From Schmidtea polychroa (Eukaryota), in the NCBI GenBank assembly GCA_044892525.1, contig CM097885.1, positions 25,112,001 through 25,176,000 of the forward strand: DNA of 64,000 nt. Direction: 5' to 3'. This document shows positions 51,201 to 64,000 of this stretch, in pieces (position 1 is the first letter of the stretch; every line of letters begins with the position of its first letter). Made by a program: the position numbers and the translations under genes. Below the pieces are notes generated by a model, which saw only the letters and a program-made list of their open reading frames with translations, did no database searches and was not told the origin of the DNA.

Positions 51201-54200
51201 CTGTCGAATTATATCGTGAAAAGAATGTTTGATCGTTATCTTATAATTATCTTATAATTTGGCGCTATCTTATAATTAAATCTTTGCCAAGTATGTTTAA
51301 CTAATTTTTTATTGATTAATTTTTAATTTATTTAAAGTTTTAAGATATAAAATTAGTTTAAAAAGAATTTCCCAATAAAAGCCATACTTACCATAAAACA
51401 AAAAAATAATTGAATTTCTGAGATATGAAACAGATTCATTGTTCGGTATGACGAATCAATCTCGAAAGAATTTTCTTAAAAAAATTAAGAAATATATTTT
51501 ATATTTGTTGAAGGGTCAGATGACGAGTCTTAACTATCTTCTTCTTCAACATGGATTATAGTTGAAAGAGTTGGATCTGATAACTTTAAAATTGAAAAAA
51601 AGTGGTAATCAATCAATTAAAGACTGTAAAAACAGACTTAAAAAAATAAAACTTTGAATTGAATTCTTTTAATTCAGTAAAAATTGTTTTAAAAACTTAT
51701 AATTTCTTATTTACTCTGTTTTTATGTATTTTATTTTAGTTCCGTATATAGTAAACATGTTAAAATCATATTAAACATCAGATTATTAATTATTGATTAT
51801 AAATATTATTAATAATTGATCATAAATATTATTAATGATTTATTATAAAAATAATTGATAAATATTATTAATAATTGATTCCACTTAAAATTTGTATTTC
51901 TCTATCATATACTTGTTTAGCATTTAATTTTTGAGGATTAAAATTTTAATTTAAAATAAGTCTTTAATTCTTAACTTTTTTAATTTTTAAAATCCCTCTC
52001 GACTTTCACTTTTATTTACACATTAAATTAATTAAATATCAAGTACCATATTTGAACAAATAATGTTTTTTTCATATATTTTTTAGCTTCCTCCATTTTT
52101 TATTAATTTAATAATTTAATAATTTCCCAGTCAAAAAATTTGAAATAAGTATTCATATATCCGACTGGCAGTTATATTATTTATTAAATAAATGCTATTT
52201 ACATTTTGTAACTAAATATATATTTCTTAAATAAATATATTAAATAAAAAATTGAAAAATTAAGGCGATATTTTTAGTCAAACATTTTTCTGTCTATTTA
52301 CTAGTTAGATGAGAAAATAAAAAATTTTACTTCTAAAGTGGGTCTCGGTTGGCTGAAGTTTGATATACTGCATTCCTTTTATTTTTGATGTTGTCATTGA
52401 CAATTTTTGCTATAGAAAGTACCATAAAAATTACTCTGATTTTTAAAGTTTTAATTTTGTTGTTTGCATTTTTCTGTTTATATTGTGCTTTATCAATAAC
52501 AAAATTTTTCAATAGTTTTCGTTCGGTCTAGACATGAAATCTCTTAAAACGGTCAGAACAGACAACCTAACCTGCATTTTGTACTAAACTATGTGAATAA
52601 TATGGCATCTCTATATTTGACCAGATTCTGTATCATTTAATTATAAACAATTCTAGTCTACATTTTACCAGTCAGTTAATAAAAATTTTTGAAACAAAAT
52701 TTCATGGTCTTGAGCCAATTAAACTAAAATATTTCTTTTTAAATTCACTTACTTATTTGTTTCACCTCAATTCTACATTATTGTAGGCTCACGCCTATGT
52801 CAATCCAAGCATGATTTCCAGGTTCAAGAAAGGCTATCTCGTCCGCACAGCCTTCAAATCTCCCAATAGTATGATTACAATTTTGCTTTTTGTTAACATC
52901 CTATTTCTTGACTGGAATTGTAATAATTTTCCTTTCATTTTCACATATAAATATTCCGTAATTAGTATAATATTTTAAAGCCTACTATTATCCCAATCAA
53001 TCTAAGATACCGTAGATACTCGAATATATCACAATATTTTTCTGCTGGAATTTATGCCAAATAATTGAGAGTCGCGATGTATTCGAGAACTGCCTAAATT
53101 TTATTTTAGTTAACAATATACAATCACCTATTTAAGTTATTTGAAGCTTTAGAGATTTGATCGCAATAGATCGATTACTATAGATCAAATTTATATTGTT
53201 TATGATAATAAAAAAAATCTAATTGTGTTAGGTCTTGTCTTTTCGAATAAGAATACGACGAGTCAGATTGTGATTAAATTCCTCCCGAAACTTTGACGAA
53301 ACACATGTTTAAAAATAATCTATAGTTTAAGATAATTTATAAGATTAAAACGTTTAAAAAGGAGATTAAGATAATTGAAATTTAACAAAAATCTGCTGGA
53401 AAGAAAATAAAATATTTCTTATTTATTCTAAAACGCTCTGAAAATGTCTGATTTCTTTTGTACTATTTTGTATATTAAATAACAAATAATATTTACGTTG
53501 ACCAAAGGTCTTTCTCCTGGAATGATGATGTTACCACCTGTTAGAAAACCACAGCCTAACACTAAACCAAAGTAAAATAGTGATTACTTTATTTCCATTC
53601 CATTTACAAGCCGTTTCATTAGATGGGATTGGACCGAATCCGGTAGCGTTGTTTTAAAATTTAATTTGCACAAAGTTCTTGGCCAGAAATTGGATTGTGT
53701 ATCAGTTCTCTGTCCTGGTAAAGGAGTATTTAAATTACAGATATTCTTTGATAATGAATATTACTTTTTCGAAATTCGTAAGTAATTTTTATTAATTTTT
53801 TGTAGTATTAATAATAATTATAATTTATTATATAATTCGTTTAATAATAATAATTTACCTTTTAACATATTTTATTTGAAACCAAATAATTCCCAAATTG
53901 ATTACCCTTTTCATGAATATTAGACAAATATTCAAATCAATAAGTTTAATTTATTTAAAACTAGTTTTAATAGTTAACAATTTAAAAAATTAAAATACTT
54001 GGCAAAATTGAATAAATTATGCATTATTCGATAGAAATGTCGATTAAAATTATAAATTTAGTGTAAAATCTTTAATTAATTATATATTGAGAAATAGGTT
54101 TATATATATATATTTATATATATATATATATATATACATACATTAATGCATACATACATAAATTTCTCCAGTATTATAAATGTCCTTTTAGATTTTTATT

Positions 54201-57200
54201 CTAGAATTCTTTTATTTATATTGGATTATTGAATAAATTTCTTTCACTGTCTTCATCAATTGCCGAATATTCAACAAGGTCATGGATATCATTTTGGGAA
54301 TTTTCATTCTCATTTCATATCACGATACGATGCAAAGAAGAATTCGTTTTCCTTTTACTCTTGCAACTTCTATTTTGTAAATTACAAGATTTATCCGTTT
54401 CATCAGTTAGAATATTACACGATGACTTTTGCAATGTATCAACACTTGAGTTTCTTTTTAAGTCTCCAGTATAATTTTGAATGGAATCATGGGATTGTTC
54501 GTCATGTTGAAATAGACTTTATCTAGATCTATATTCCATTGTCGATGATATGGTGTATTTTTAATCTCGTTACATTTCCTCATGGTGTTCTTAACAAATG
54601 CACATAATTTGAATCCTGTTTGTCATTATTGAATTTATTATCCAATTCTTTTGTATCTACCGAGGAATTTTTGCAGACTGCTTGTTTAAAATCTATTACT
54701 GTAAATTTCTTTTCTCCACTCAAATTACACCTCGATTTATTACTATACCATTTATCATTCAATTTCAACATTTTGTCATTCAATTTCAACATTGTAATCA
54801 GAAACAATATTTATAAAAGATTAACAACAAAAATATTTATTGATGAATATAAGGTAATTCCGCCGCAAAGTAACTGATATTTCGAATTATATGCCTAAAA
54901 TATCCTACACAATAATTTGCTGTAACGTTATCAACTTCTAGTAACATTAATTCAGATAAATTACCAGTGGCACCTAATCGCAATCTAGAACGATTCCCAT
55001 TTTTGATTTTTGAAAACGCATTTTCGATAGGATTCAGCATATAAGAATAAGACGCAAGAAATTTAAAATTATAATTAAATTCTGATGTAATTCTTTGAAT
55101 GTATGCTCGTTTATGCACTCTTGCATTATCTAAAATTAAGCATACATTTTCTAGGCGGAGCACATCTCTTAGATGAATACATAGCTCATTAATATAGCCA
55201 GAGAAAATATCTGCATTGACAGTGGAATGATAGATTGTTTTACAATATAACATCACACTAAGGGACATGCTTGCAATTAGCGAAATTGAACGTCCTTGAG
55301 TCGTTTGGAGTTGTACATTGCTGCGAGTTCCTTGTTTAGATCTTGAGTAAGTTCTTTTAAGATGCAAATTGAATGAAGACTCATCAATGAATATTGCATT
55401 GGACATTTCATTATTCAAATAGTTATTGAACCAGAGAGCATATTCTTTTCGTGACGAGTTTTTTTCGGGAATATTGACTATCAAATTCTCGATGAGACAA
55501 TTTCATAGTTATTTTTAAATTTTTTAAAGCTCTATTAATTGTCGGAATTGAAATGGAAAAACCATTGCCTACCTCCTGTTCAAGGCATGCATTAATCTCT
55601 TTTAATGTAAATTGAGGATTGATGGAGAAGATGTTATCAATTTTTACTTGTAATCTTTCCGTAAGAACTGTTTTCTTACTTCCACTCCTTTTAGTATGAA
55701 CGATCACTGACTTCTTACGAAAATTTCTAACAACTAAACGTGCGGAACTATGATTAATTTGTAACAGTTCTGCTGCCTCTTGTTGTTTTTCCTTGTTCCT
55801 GAACCATATATATTAAATTCTTCCGGGTTTCATTTGAAAGTTTACTATATTTAACTCTTGGTCTTGAACTATTTTCTGAATTGCTTTTGGCTTCGGATAT
55901 ATTATTAACAACCATTGGATATTTTATTAATTTTTAATTATAAGCGTTAATTAATTATAACTAATTTTTAATTATAAGTACAGTATCTGTACTTTTATAA
56001 ATTCGTATAAAATATTTAAGATTTGAAATGTTGAAATTGACTGATATAATGTAGAAATTGAATGATAAATGGTTAAATTGTTAAAAATTGTTAAATCTAT
56101 ATTACATAGGTTTTGATGATTTAGAGGTTTTCATTAAAAAGGTTTAAAATATCCTGACAGAGAAGGAATTTTATTTATGAGGTATTTTTGAAAAAACTTA
56201 ATAATAAGGTAAAAATAGATTTATTAAATGCAAAGGTAAATTAAACTTTTGACAAATTTAGCAACTAAGTTGTTAGTTTGATATAGATCACTGCAATCTT
56301 CAATTTCGTTAAATTTGTTGCTGGGAAGTGCTCCTATCATGTGTGACTCACACGGGGTGAGCACAAAGGTTTGGTTGATTTTATTCCCGACACTGTTAGG
56401 GTTAATTTGGCGAATTCTCACCATTTTGAAGTGTCCCATTTTAGTCGGTAAAGTAATTCGGAATATTTGGTTTTGTGTTAATGATTGAGTTTATTGAGAA
56501 GGAGTTATCTGAGTTAAAATGACGGTTGCGCTTTTCGTTCGCTACTCTACCAAACACGAATTTGTACACATCTACGAAACTTTAGGAGTTTGATCAGAAA
56601 TTTGATAGTTTGAAATTAAGCAGAAAAGCCTAAAACCAGAAAACTAATTCTGAATAACTATAAAGTCTCCAATAATCACCAATCATCTACAATCTAAACA
56701 GTTATGATAACGATACTCCCAATATCCATTCATTATTAATTAATTATTTAGGCATTCAATTTATTCAATTTATATATTTAGTATAGCAAATATGTTTTGT
56801 TCAAATTATTGGCGCCTTATTTAAATTCTTTTTGAGAAATAAGCGAAAATGGTATAATGTTTCCTGATAATCTATAGTTGAATTATTTTAAGTTTATTTT
56901 TTAATATTTAATATTTTAATTAAATTTTGGCGCGTGTTTTAAAATTTAATTTCAAATTTTAATATTTTTTCACAAATTTTTTTATTAATAAAAAAATGTC
57001 TAAAATTTTAAGTGATTATCGATTTCAAAATTTTTGATTTTTTTATTGATTTCTTCTATAATTTTGAAAGTGCTTTTAATTGTTTGATAGATTATTAAAT
57101 TCTCTCAACATGATATGTAAAGTTTTGTGTGTAGTTATTGATTTTCAAAGTTTTCAATTTCAACATGAAATAATCCAATTTTCTCATCTGATTCAGTATT

Positions 57201-60200
57201 TGATTCTTGATTCAAAATTATCTACTCACCGTATTTTTTCCATTACTTTTCCGGAACTGTATTGCAAATATTATTCCATCAAATCTTTCAACTACTATAG
57301 TTCTTATTTCATTTTCATCAACATTAGTTCTTTATTTCAAAATTCTGTTCTATTATTCGATTTAGCATTTGTCGAGTTTCTAATTTGAAAACAAAAGGCT
57401 TTATAATAATATGATTAATTATATTTTCAACATTTGGCAATATAATTGCATATCCTTCTGTAGTACTCCACTTATTAACATTAAACCGATATATTATTTG
57501 TGCCAAAATATAATTTGTTGTCATTATCAGTATTTATTTCACAACAATTTCTGAACAAAAGGTTTAATTATTATTTTTACTACCATTTTGCTTTCCATTA
57601 CTTCCTACATTTTTTAAAGACCTTCATCATTACTTGATTCCTATTCTTGATTCAATGGCTTGTGATAATCAAGGCAAGTCCATATCAATCAATTTCAGAA
57701 GCACTCTGGGTTCACCTGTATCCAGTTTAGGTGGAGTTGTGGAAGATTCGATCATGTCTATAACAGATTCTATTGACAGTAAGTTTTTGATTTTATTGTA
57801 AAAGTATAATAAAAAATATTTTTGGTTGAAATATTTCATTTAATAAACACTACAGAAATGGCTTATCTATTTATCTGCTTGAATTATATTTTTTAAAAAT
57901 AATTGACAAATTATTTTGAAATGCAAAATAATAATTACTGTAATAATAATACAAAATAAAATATAAAATGAAATTATTAAAAACTCAAAAATATTAATTA
58001 ATATATTACAAATTATTATATTACTTATTATATTATATTCGTATTTATTATATTATTTATAATTATAATAAAAATAAAAAATATAAAAAAATTAAATAAA
58101 ATTAATGAAATATAATAAATAGTTAAACATACATGGCAATGATTTAATTATAAGCAAACACCAATCAAACATTATTTTCACGATATATTTCGACAGTTTT
58201 CCTGTTATCATTAGGTGGGATATAAGAACTATATAAAGTAAGGATTTTAAAAAAATTTATTAATTTTATTAATTATATAAAAAATTTTTTATTTTATAAA
58301 AACATTTCATTCTTTTTAAAATTATAATTAAAATTATATATCATTTTTAAAAATTTTAGCATTTATAATTTAATTTAATAATTTAAAAATGTTTTTATTA
58401 ATTATTTAATTTAACAACAACAATCGATAAATATATAAATTATTTAAAAAAATTTCAAACACAAGTTCTGCACATTAAATTTCGGATTCAATGACTTTAT
58501 CAACAACGCCTCACAAATTACACGTTACCAATAATTATCAAAACTTTTTAATAAAATTTTAAAATCAGACATTCCTATTTTACTCTTACAGTGCTCACTA
58601 ATATTGGCCAATACCTTCGGTCTATAATGCTCTCGAGCTCGAATACAGAGATGACGGGAAGTCTCTCCCATGTATCTGGCATTACACCCATTACAAGTAA
58701 ACTGATAAACGAGATCGGAACATAATTCGACCGAAGTTTTTGACTTATTAATAAACATATTGCGTACTTTCCATGAAGTTGACAGTATCCTATAGTTTAA
58801 ATTCCCTAACTGCTTTCTTATCTTCCCTTTATAATCCTTAAAACCTTCTGAGTACGGCAATACTAACATAAATTTAGGCTCATCATCCTTGCTCACACTA
58901 TTTAATTTATTTAACTCATCACACTCACACACCTCAACAAAAACACACCCAAATATAATAAAATTAAAATAGTAATAAAAATAAAATTTATAAACATAAA
59001 GGTAATCAAAAATCAAAAATAATACAAATAATAAAATCAAAAATAATAATAATTATTACTATTATTTTCATCTTTAACTTTTTATTATATTTATATTTTT
59101 ATTTTATAATTATTTTTATATTAATAATAAAAATTATTAAAATCATGAAAGTGATACGAAATAATTTTAATTGCATTGCATTTATCAAACCTCCACATTA
59201 TTTCTAATTGTAAAAATATAGATAAAAGGAAATACTGCAAAATCTCGATTATAATACGCACTCGTGTATAATACGCACGCTTGATTTTGCGAGTATTTTT
59301 CGAGAAAATCAAAAATTCGAATATAATACGCATAACTTTTCAAACTTTTATTGAAAAATAAGATATACTTATTTTTTAAAATTTCTAATAAAAAATAAAA
59401 GTAAAATTCGGTAGAAAAACAACTTAAATTAAACAACTCATTTTTAATCACTATCACCAGAATGCAGCTCACCTAGTGTTGCGTCTATTTCATAATTATT
59501 GTTGCCGTTGTAATAAATATCGCCATCATCATCTTCATCTGACGACACCTGCTCACCATCTCATAACATGTTTTTCTCACTACCTGCCAAATTATTCGAT
59601 ATGCAACATTTCAGGAAGCGGATCTAATTCATTCCATACCGAAAGTATCCATTCTGTAACCTCTAAGAGAGTTGGTTGACGCATACGACCTAACCTTTGC
59701 CTAACCAAGCATTCCATTTACGACGGATAACTTCTTTCATCGGCTAATTGACAGAAACGTCTAAAGGTTGAAGTATGAATAATGATCAGATCCGACTTTA
59801 TTTGGTCCATTTCCCTTTGAATAGAAGGCATCCGATGACACCAAAACGAATCGAGTACCAACATGGAAGGTAATTATCTTAGATCATTTGTACGATGCCC
59901 TCCAAACGCGTTTCAACCAATCAATAGTCAGTGCTTCATCCATCCAGTCCTTCTCATGGACACGGATGTGTACAACTTTTAGAAATTGTATTTTTGGAAG
60001 GTCTTCTTTTTAAAAACGATGTACGGCGGCTACTTTCCTCCATCTGCGGTACATGCTAGCATGACAGTGAAGTGAGACTTCTCGTGTCCAGTTGTTCGAA
60101 TTGACACACTCAATTTTAGCACAAGCTTTTGGAACTTCAGAAGTTTATCTTCCTGGTCGTTTGAAAGATGCTGCGCGATTGTGGTTCTTCGACGAACAGA

Positions 60201-61480
60201 AAACGCATGTCGTTTCATGAAACGAATTGCTCATCCGTATGAAGCTTTGAATTCTATTGCGTTTGCATGTGATTTTTTGACTTCTAGACCTTGAAGTCTA
60301 ATTTCAATACATGAAACCCCGATGCCTCGTTGTTTCTTATCCACTATCCACTCCATTAAATTGTTTTCTTTCTCTGGACGGTAGGCCTCGATTCGAATTT
60401 TTCTTCATAGGTATGGGTTGAAGGGTTTCTTTGATTTTTCTCCATAATCGAACATTTGCTTCATTTATTGTAAAGTGGTGACAGGCGGCTCGATTTCCGT
60501 GAAACTATTCATATTTGATAATTTATAGTTATTCTGCTGATGTATGACATCGTCTTGAAGCCATTTTGATTTGAACTCTGTTTCCGGTGAACTAAATACC
60601 TGTTTATAAGTAAATACGTAGATGAATCAATGAAAGCATGTGCGCACAATAGTTAACCGTCTCTTTCTGCCCACATTTGGTGATGCGATGCCTATCTTTG
60701 TTTACCAAAATGACTTGGATTGTTAGCGTATCTTACTACAGACACAAATTATTTCTCTTTCAATGTCAACTTTAGTTTTATACATACAATTGATATGAAC
60801 AACGTAAAATTTATCACAACATACATAAGTTTTCTTTTGTACTCGAGTATAATATATGCACCCTAATTTTTGCGGAGTAAAATGTATAAAAAAGTGCGTA
60901 TCATACTCGAGATTTTACGGTAATCAAGATTAAATAATAAAGATATTAAAGGAGATAAAGAAAGAAATAGTCACAACGATGAACAAAAACCCCATTAATC
61001 ATGAAGTAATGATCAGAACACTGGAAAGTTAGCAATATGCTATGATATTTATTATTTACCGGTTGGAATAAACATGCATTGGTATTTGACTGACAAATTA
61101 TATACTTATTTTATTCCAATTCCAAAATGTAACGAATATATTGTAGAAGAACAGTTTCTCAAATGCCACATTGTTAAAACAAGCAATCTGAATAATAACT
61201 GCCGGGAATTTATAATTCAGTGGCCAAGTTATGCTCGCATCGGGGTGCCACTTGGTCACCATGTCATTATTCAAAGCACTATTGATGGTTAGGAATAATA
61301 TAATACAAATTTCCGTATCAAATCATTAAATTCAAGGAAACACTGTTCAGCGACCATATACACCGATTTGTGTAATCTCTCCTGATCAGAATAGCTACAA
61401 ATCTAAAAAACAAATTACGTTAATGGTGAAATGTTACCCCGATGGAGTTTTATCATCTTTCATGCATTCTTTGGATGAAG
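48217..61480 (+). CDS. CYB5R4: Cytochrome b5 reductase 4-like gene, 3'-incomplete. Exons 48217-48299, 48343-48485, 48540-48640, 52787-52868, 53508-53571, ~53611/53623-53777, ~61074-61288 (structure uncertain) and 61337-61480
   Basis: Spliced cytochrome b5 domain (ITEEELSKHN..DLWI..VFDVT..YHPGG..AGRDATEDF|AH), CS-like WDWTE exon and FAD-binding domain (VPLGHHV, RPYTPI, MVKCYPDG); splice phases are consistent for the first six exons. Confidence 0.85.
50120..51231 (-). mobile_element. Penelope-like 3' fragment (GIY-YIG) with inverted terminal copy, inside a CYB5R4 intron
   Basis: Frameshifted VYQFTCNGCNARYMGET; ~51000-51231 is an inverted copy of ~50120-50400. Confidence 0.75.
54837..55860 (-). 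pseudogene. Tc1/IS630-family DDE transposase, frameshifted
   Basis: IFIDESSF, LILDNARVH and YSYMLNPIENAFSKIK; HTH-like N-terminal pieces; inverted motif ACCATTTATCATTCAATTTC at ~54747 and ~56054-56073. Confidence 0.85.
58165..58945 (-). mobile_element. Second copy of the Penelope GIY-YIG fragment (direct repeat of ~50122-50905)
   Basis: LVYQFTCNGCNARYMGETSRHLCIRAREH; near-identical to the 50 kb copy. Confidence 0.85.
59235..60920 (-). mobile_element. pogo/Tigger-like DNA transposon, degenerate
   Basis: TA flanks; TIRs CTGCAAAATCTCGATTATAATACGCA / CCGTAAAATCTCGAGTATGATACGCA; remnants FMKRHAFSVRRRTTIAQ and RTTGHEKSHFTVMLACTADG. Confidence 0.85.
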
Positions 61481-61527
61481 GTATTTTTTGATTAAATATT
61501 CTGCTCTACTAGTATTTTATTATTTGT

Positions 61528-61530
<3 letters not shown>

Positions 61531-61607
<77 letters not shown>

Positions 61608-61610
61608 AAT
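61531..61610. repeat. (AAT)n microsatellite in an intron
   Basis: Visible AAT run. Confidence 0.95.
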
Positions 61611-62149
61611 TTATTTTATTATTTTTATAATATTTTTATATTTTGGAATTCGATTATTATTATATTATAATAACCGTCTTTATTATTATTTTTGATTATA
61701 TTTAAATTATTAATTATAATTTAATATTATTTTTATATTCTTGTAATTTATTTTGTACATTATTCATATTGTTGTATTATTGTTTTCTTATTTTTTTGAT
61801 ATTAAATTTTTTTATATTTGATATACTTGTTACTATATTTTTTATTATTTTTCTTCTTAACATATTTTTCAATAATTATTTTTATTTGTATTACTATTTA
61901 TATATTTTATTTTATTATATTGTTATTTTTGTATATATATATTTATAGATAATATAATATTTTTCTTTAATTATTATTTTTATCTATTTTATTATTTTAT
62001 TAGGCTATTATTTAATATTATTTTCAATTTTTACTTTTCTTATAAATATTTATGTTTTAGTAATTTTTGTATATATTTATTATATTTATATTTTTTCTTA
62101 ATTTATTCTTTTTATATTAATACTTATTTATTTTTATAATCATATTATT

Positions 62150-63700
62150 CTTCTAGCATTAAGTGATGATTTCTCGGTAGCAGCATTAATCAAATTTAAA
62201 ACAATTAAATGATAATTTAAGCTTTTTGCTGTGAATATTATATTTAATACAAATGAAAAAATATTTTCGACTATAAGATATCCCTTTTCAATTTCCTGGA
62301 GTTTAGTTTCTTATATTTTCAAAATGCTTTTTGATCTTCTCTTTTATTTCCTTTTTTTACATCTCATTTGTTAAAAATAATAATAAACTTTTTCTGAAGA
62401 ATTTAAAAATTAAAATTTTTTTTTAATTAAATATTCTCTAAAATTCAAAACGAAACGCTAAAAAATTTTTAAATCTTCTATAATTAGCTTATAGAAACCT
62501 CTTAATAAATACTTAAAATATTTATAAAATATAGTTTCCAATAACTATTTATATACGCAATTTAAATATTTTAAATAATATTTCTATATTGATTTTTAAA
62601 TCCTGACGGTCTTTTAAATTTATATTTTATCTATTTTTCTATATTATTTTAAATTATTATTTTTTAATTTGTTGGATATGTCTGTTTATTGAGGATGCTC
62701 CACCAGGATCTAGATGTTCTTTAACTCTTTGGTGCAAGGCCCTGAGTGTACTTCCAATGTAAATTTCCTTGCATACATTGCACGTGATGCAATAGACGAT
62801 GTTTTTTCTAAAGCACATATCTTTCGGTGTCTGGCAGTTTTTCATTGTGCAATTGTTTTCTCTATTTATGTTGTTCGCCAGAGCTTTTCTCAATGTCCAA
62901 GATTTATCTGCTATACGAATTGGAAGGCCGGTGCGTTTAAGTTCTTTCAGGATTTTGAAGTACATTATGTCGACTGATGAATGAAATATCCAGATAAAAA
63001 TATTTCCTCTTTTTTTGTGTTAATTCCCTAGATCTTTTTGGAATAGAATTTATTCTTTTAATGTCCTCACCTTGATATCCGTATTTATTATTTATTATTA
63101 TTTTTATAGTTTATTTTTAAAATTATTATTAATTTTTTTAAGTTACTAATTATTTAATATTAGGAGATCAATGAAATCATCAGTTTGATTTGTTATTAAC
63201 CTTAAGAATAGCTCTATAAAAAAATTAAAAAATAAAAATTTAAAATAATATAGAAAAATAGATCAAAAATACCTTTAAAGGATAATTAGGATTTAAAATC
63301 AAAATAGAAACATTTTTTTAAATATTTAAATTGCGTATATAAATAATTATTGGAAACTATTTTATAAATATTTTAAGATATCATTTATTAAAAGGTTTCT
63401 ACAGAAGCTTTAAAAATAAAAAAATTTTTTTATTGTTTCCTTTTGAAATTTAGAGAATATTTAATTAAAAAAAAATTAAAATTTTTAAATTCTCCAGAAA
63501 AAAGTTTATTAAAGGAAATAAAAGAGAAGATCGAAAAGCAGTTTGAAAATAAAAGAAACTAAACTTCAGGAAATTGAAAAGGGCTATCTTATAGTCGAAA
63601 ATTTTTCATTTGTAATAAATATATTATTCACAGTAAAGGACTTAAATTAACATTTAATTGTTTTAAATTTAATTTATGCTGCTACCAAGTAATCATCAAT
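62150..63700 (-). mobile_element. Penelope-like GIY-YIG fragment flanked by ~400-bp inverted repeats
   Basis: IVYCITCNVCKEIYIGSTLRALHQRVKEH (62657-62965); ~62165-62590 is mirrored at ~63290-63700. Confidence 0.75.
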
Positions 63701-64000
63701 TTATAAATAATTAAGGTAATGAAATAAAAGTTCTGTGAAATGAAATATTATGTTATTTTATCAAATATTTGAATTAACTCCGCCTGATGATCCAGTTGTT
63801 GATTATTAAATAAATCCGAGAGAAAAAATTATTTAATCTTACTCCTCGTGCTCTATATTGAAACACCAAAACCCAGCATAAATAAATTTTATTTCCAAAA
63901 TAATAATTCGCAAGATTCATTTGTCATCAATAATTACAAACTCGGCTTGATTCTATATTTTATAACTGTTTTATAACACCTAATTCCGAAATTTAATAAC

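Overview
Very AT-rich eukaryotic (animal-like) genomic DNA with mostly short GT-AG introns; the organism cannot be identified from the sequence alone. Host genes: METTL25-like (~730-2274), a small Cys-rich single-pass membrane protein (38407-38784) and a multi-exon CYB5R4-like gene (48217 to beyond 61480). The rest is mostly transposon DNA: a Helitron MITE, several hAT elements, a piggyBac MITE, Tc1, pogo and Penelope fragments. The main feature is a three-level nest. A hAT element (8476-35530, TSD CTAACTTT) is split by a 24.7 kb Polinton/Maverick-type element (10155-34828, TSD GTTATG, ~2 kb TIRs), which itself carries an 8 kb non-coding relative (15989-24001, TSD ATTGTT). The Polinton keeps integrase+chromodomain, packaging ATPase, a truncated minor capsid protein and a pX-like basic protein, but I see no pPolB, major capsid or protease. 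It also carries an unusual cargo block: a divergent TBP-like gene, a spliced Bcl-2-like gene, a secreted or GPI-type coiled-coil protein and three unknown ORFs. Four of its genes have predicted spliceosomal introns, and an AP-1/nuclear-receptor motif array lies beside the right TIR. All family assignments come from motif recognition by eye; no searches were run.
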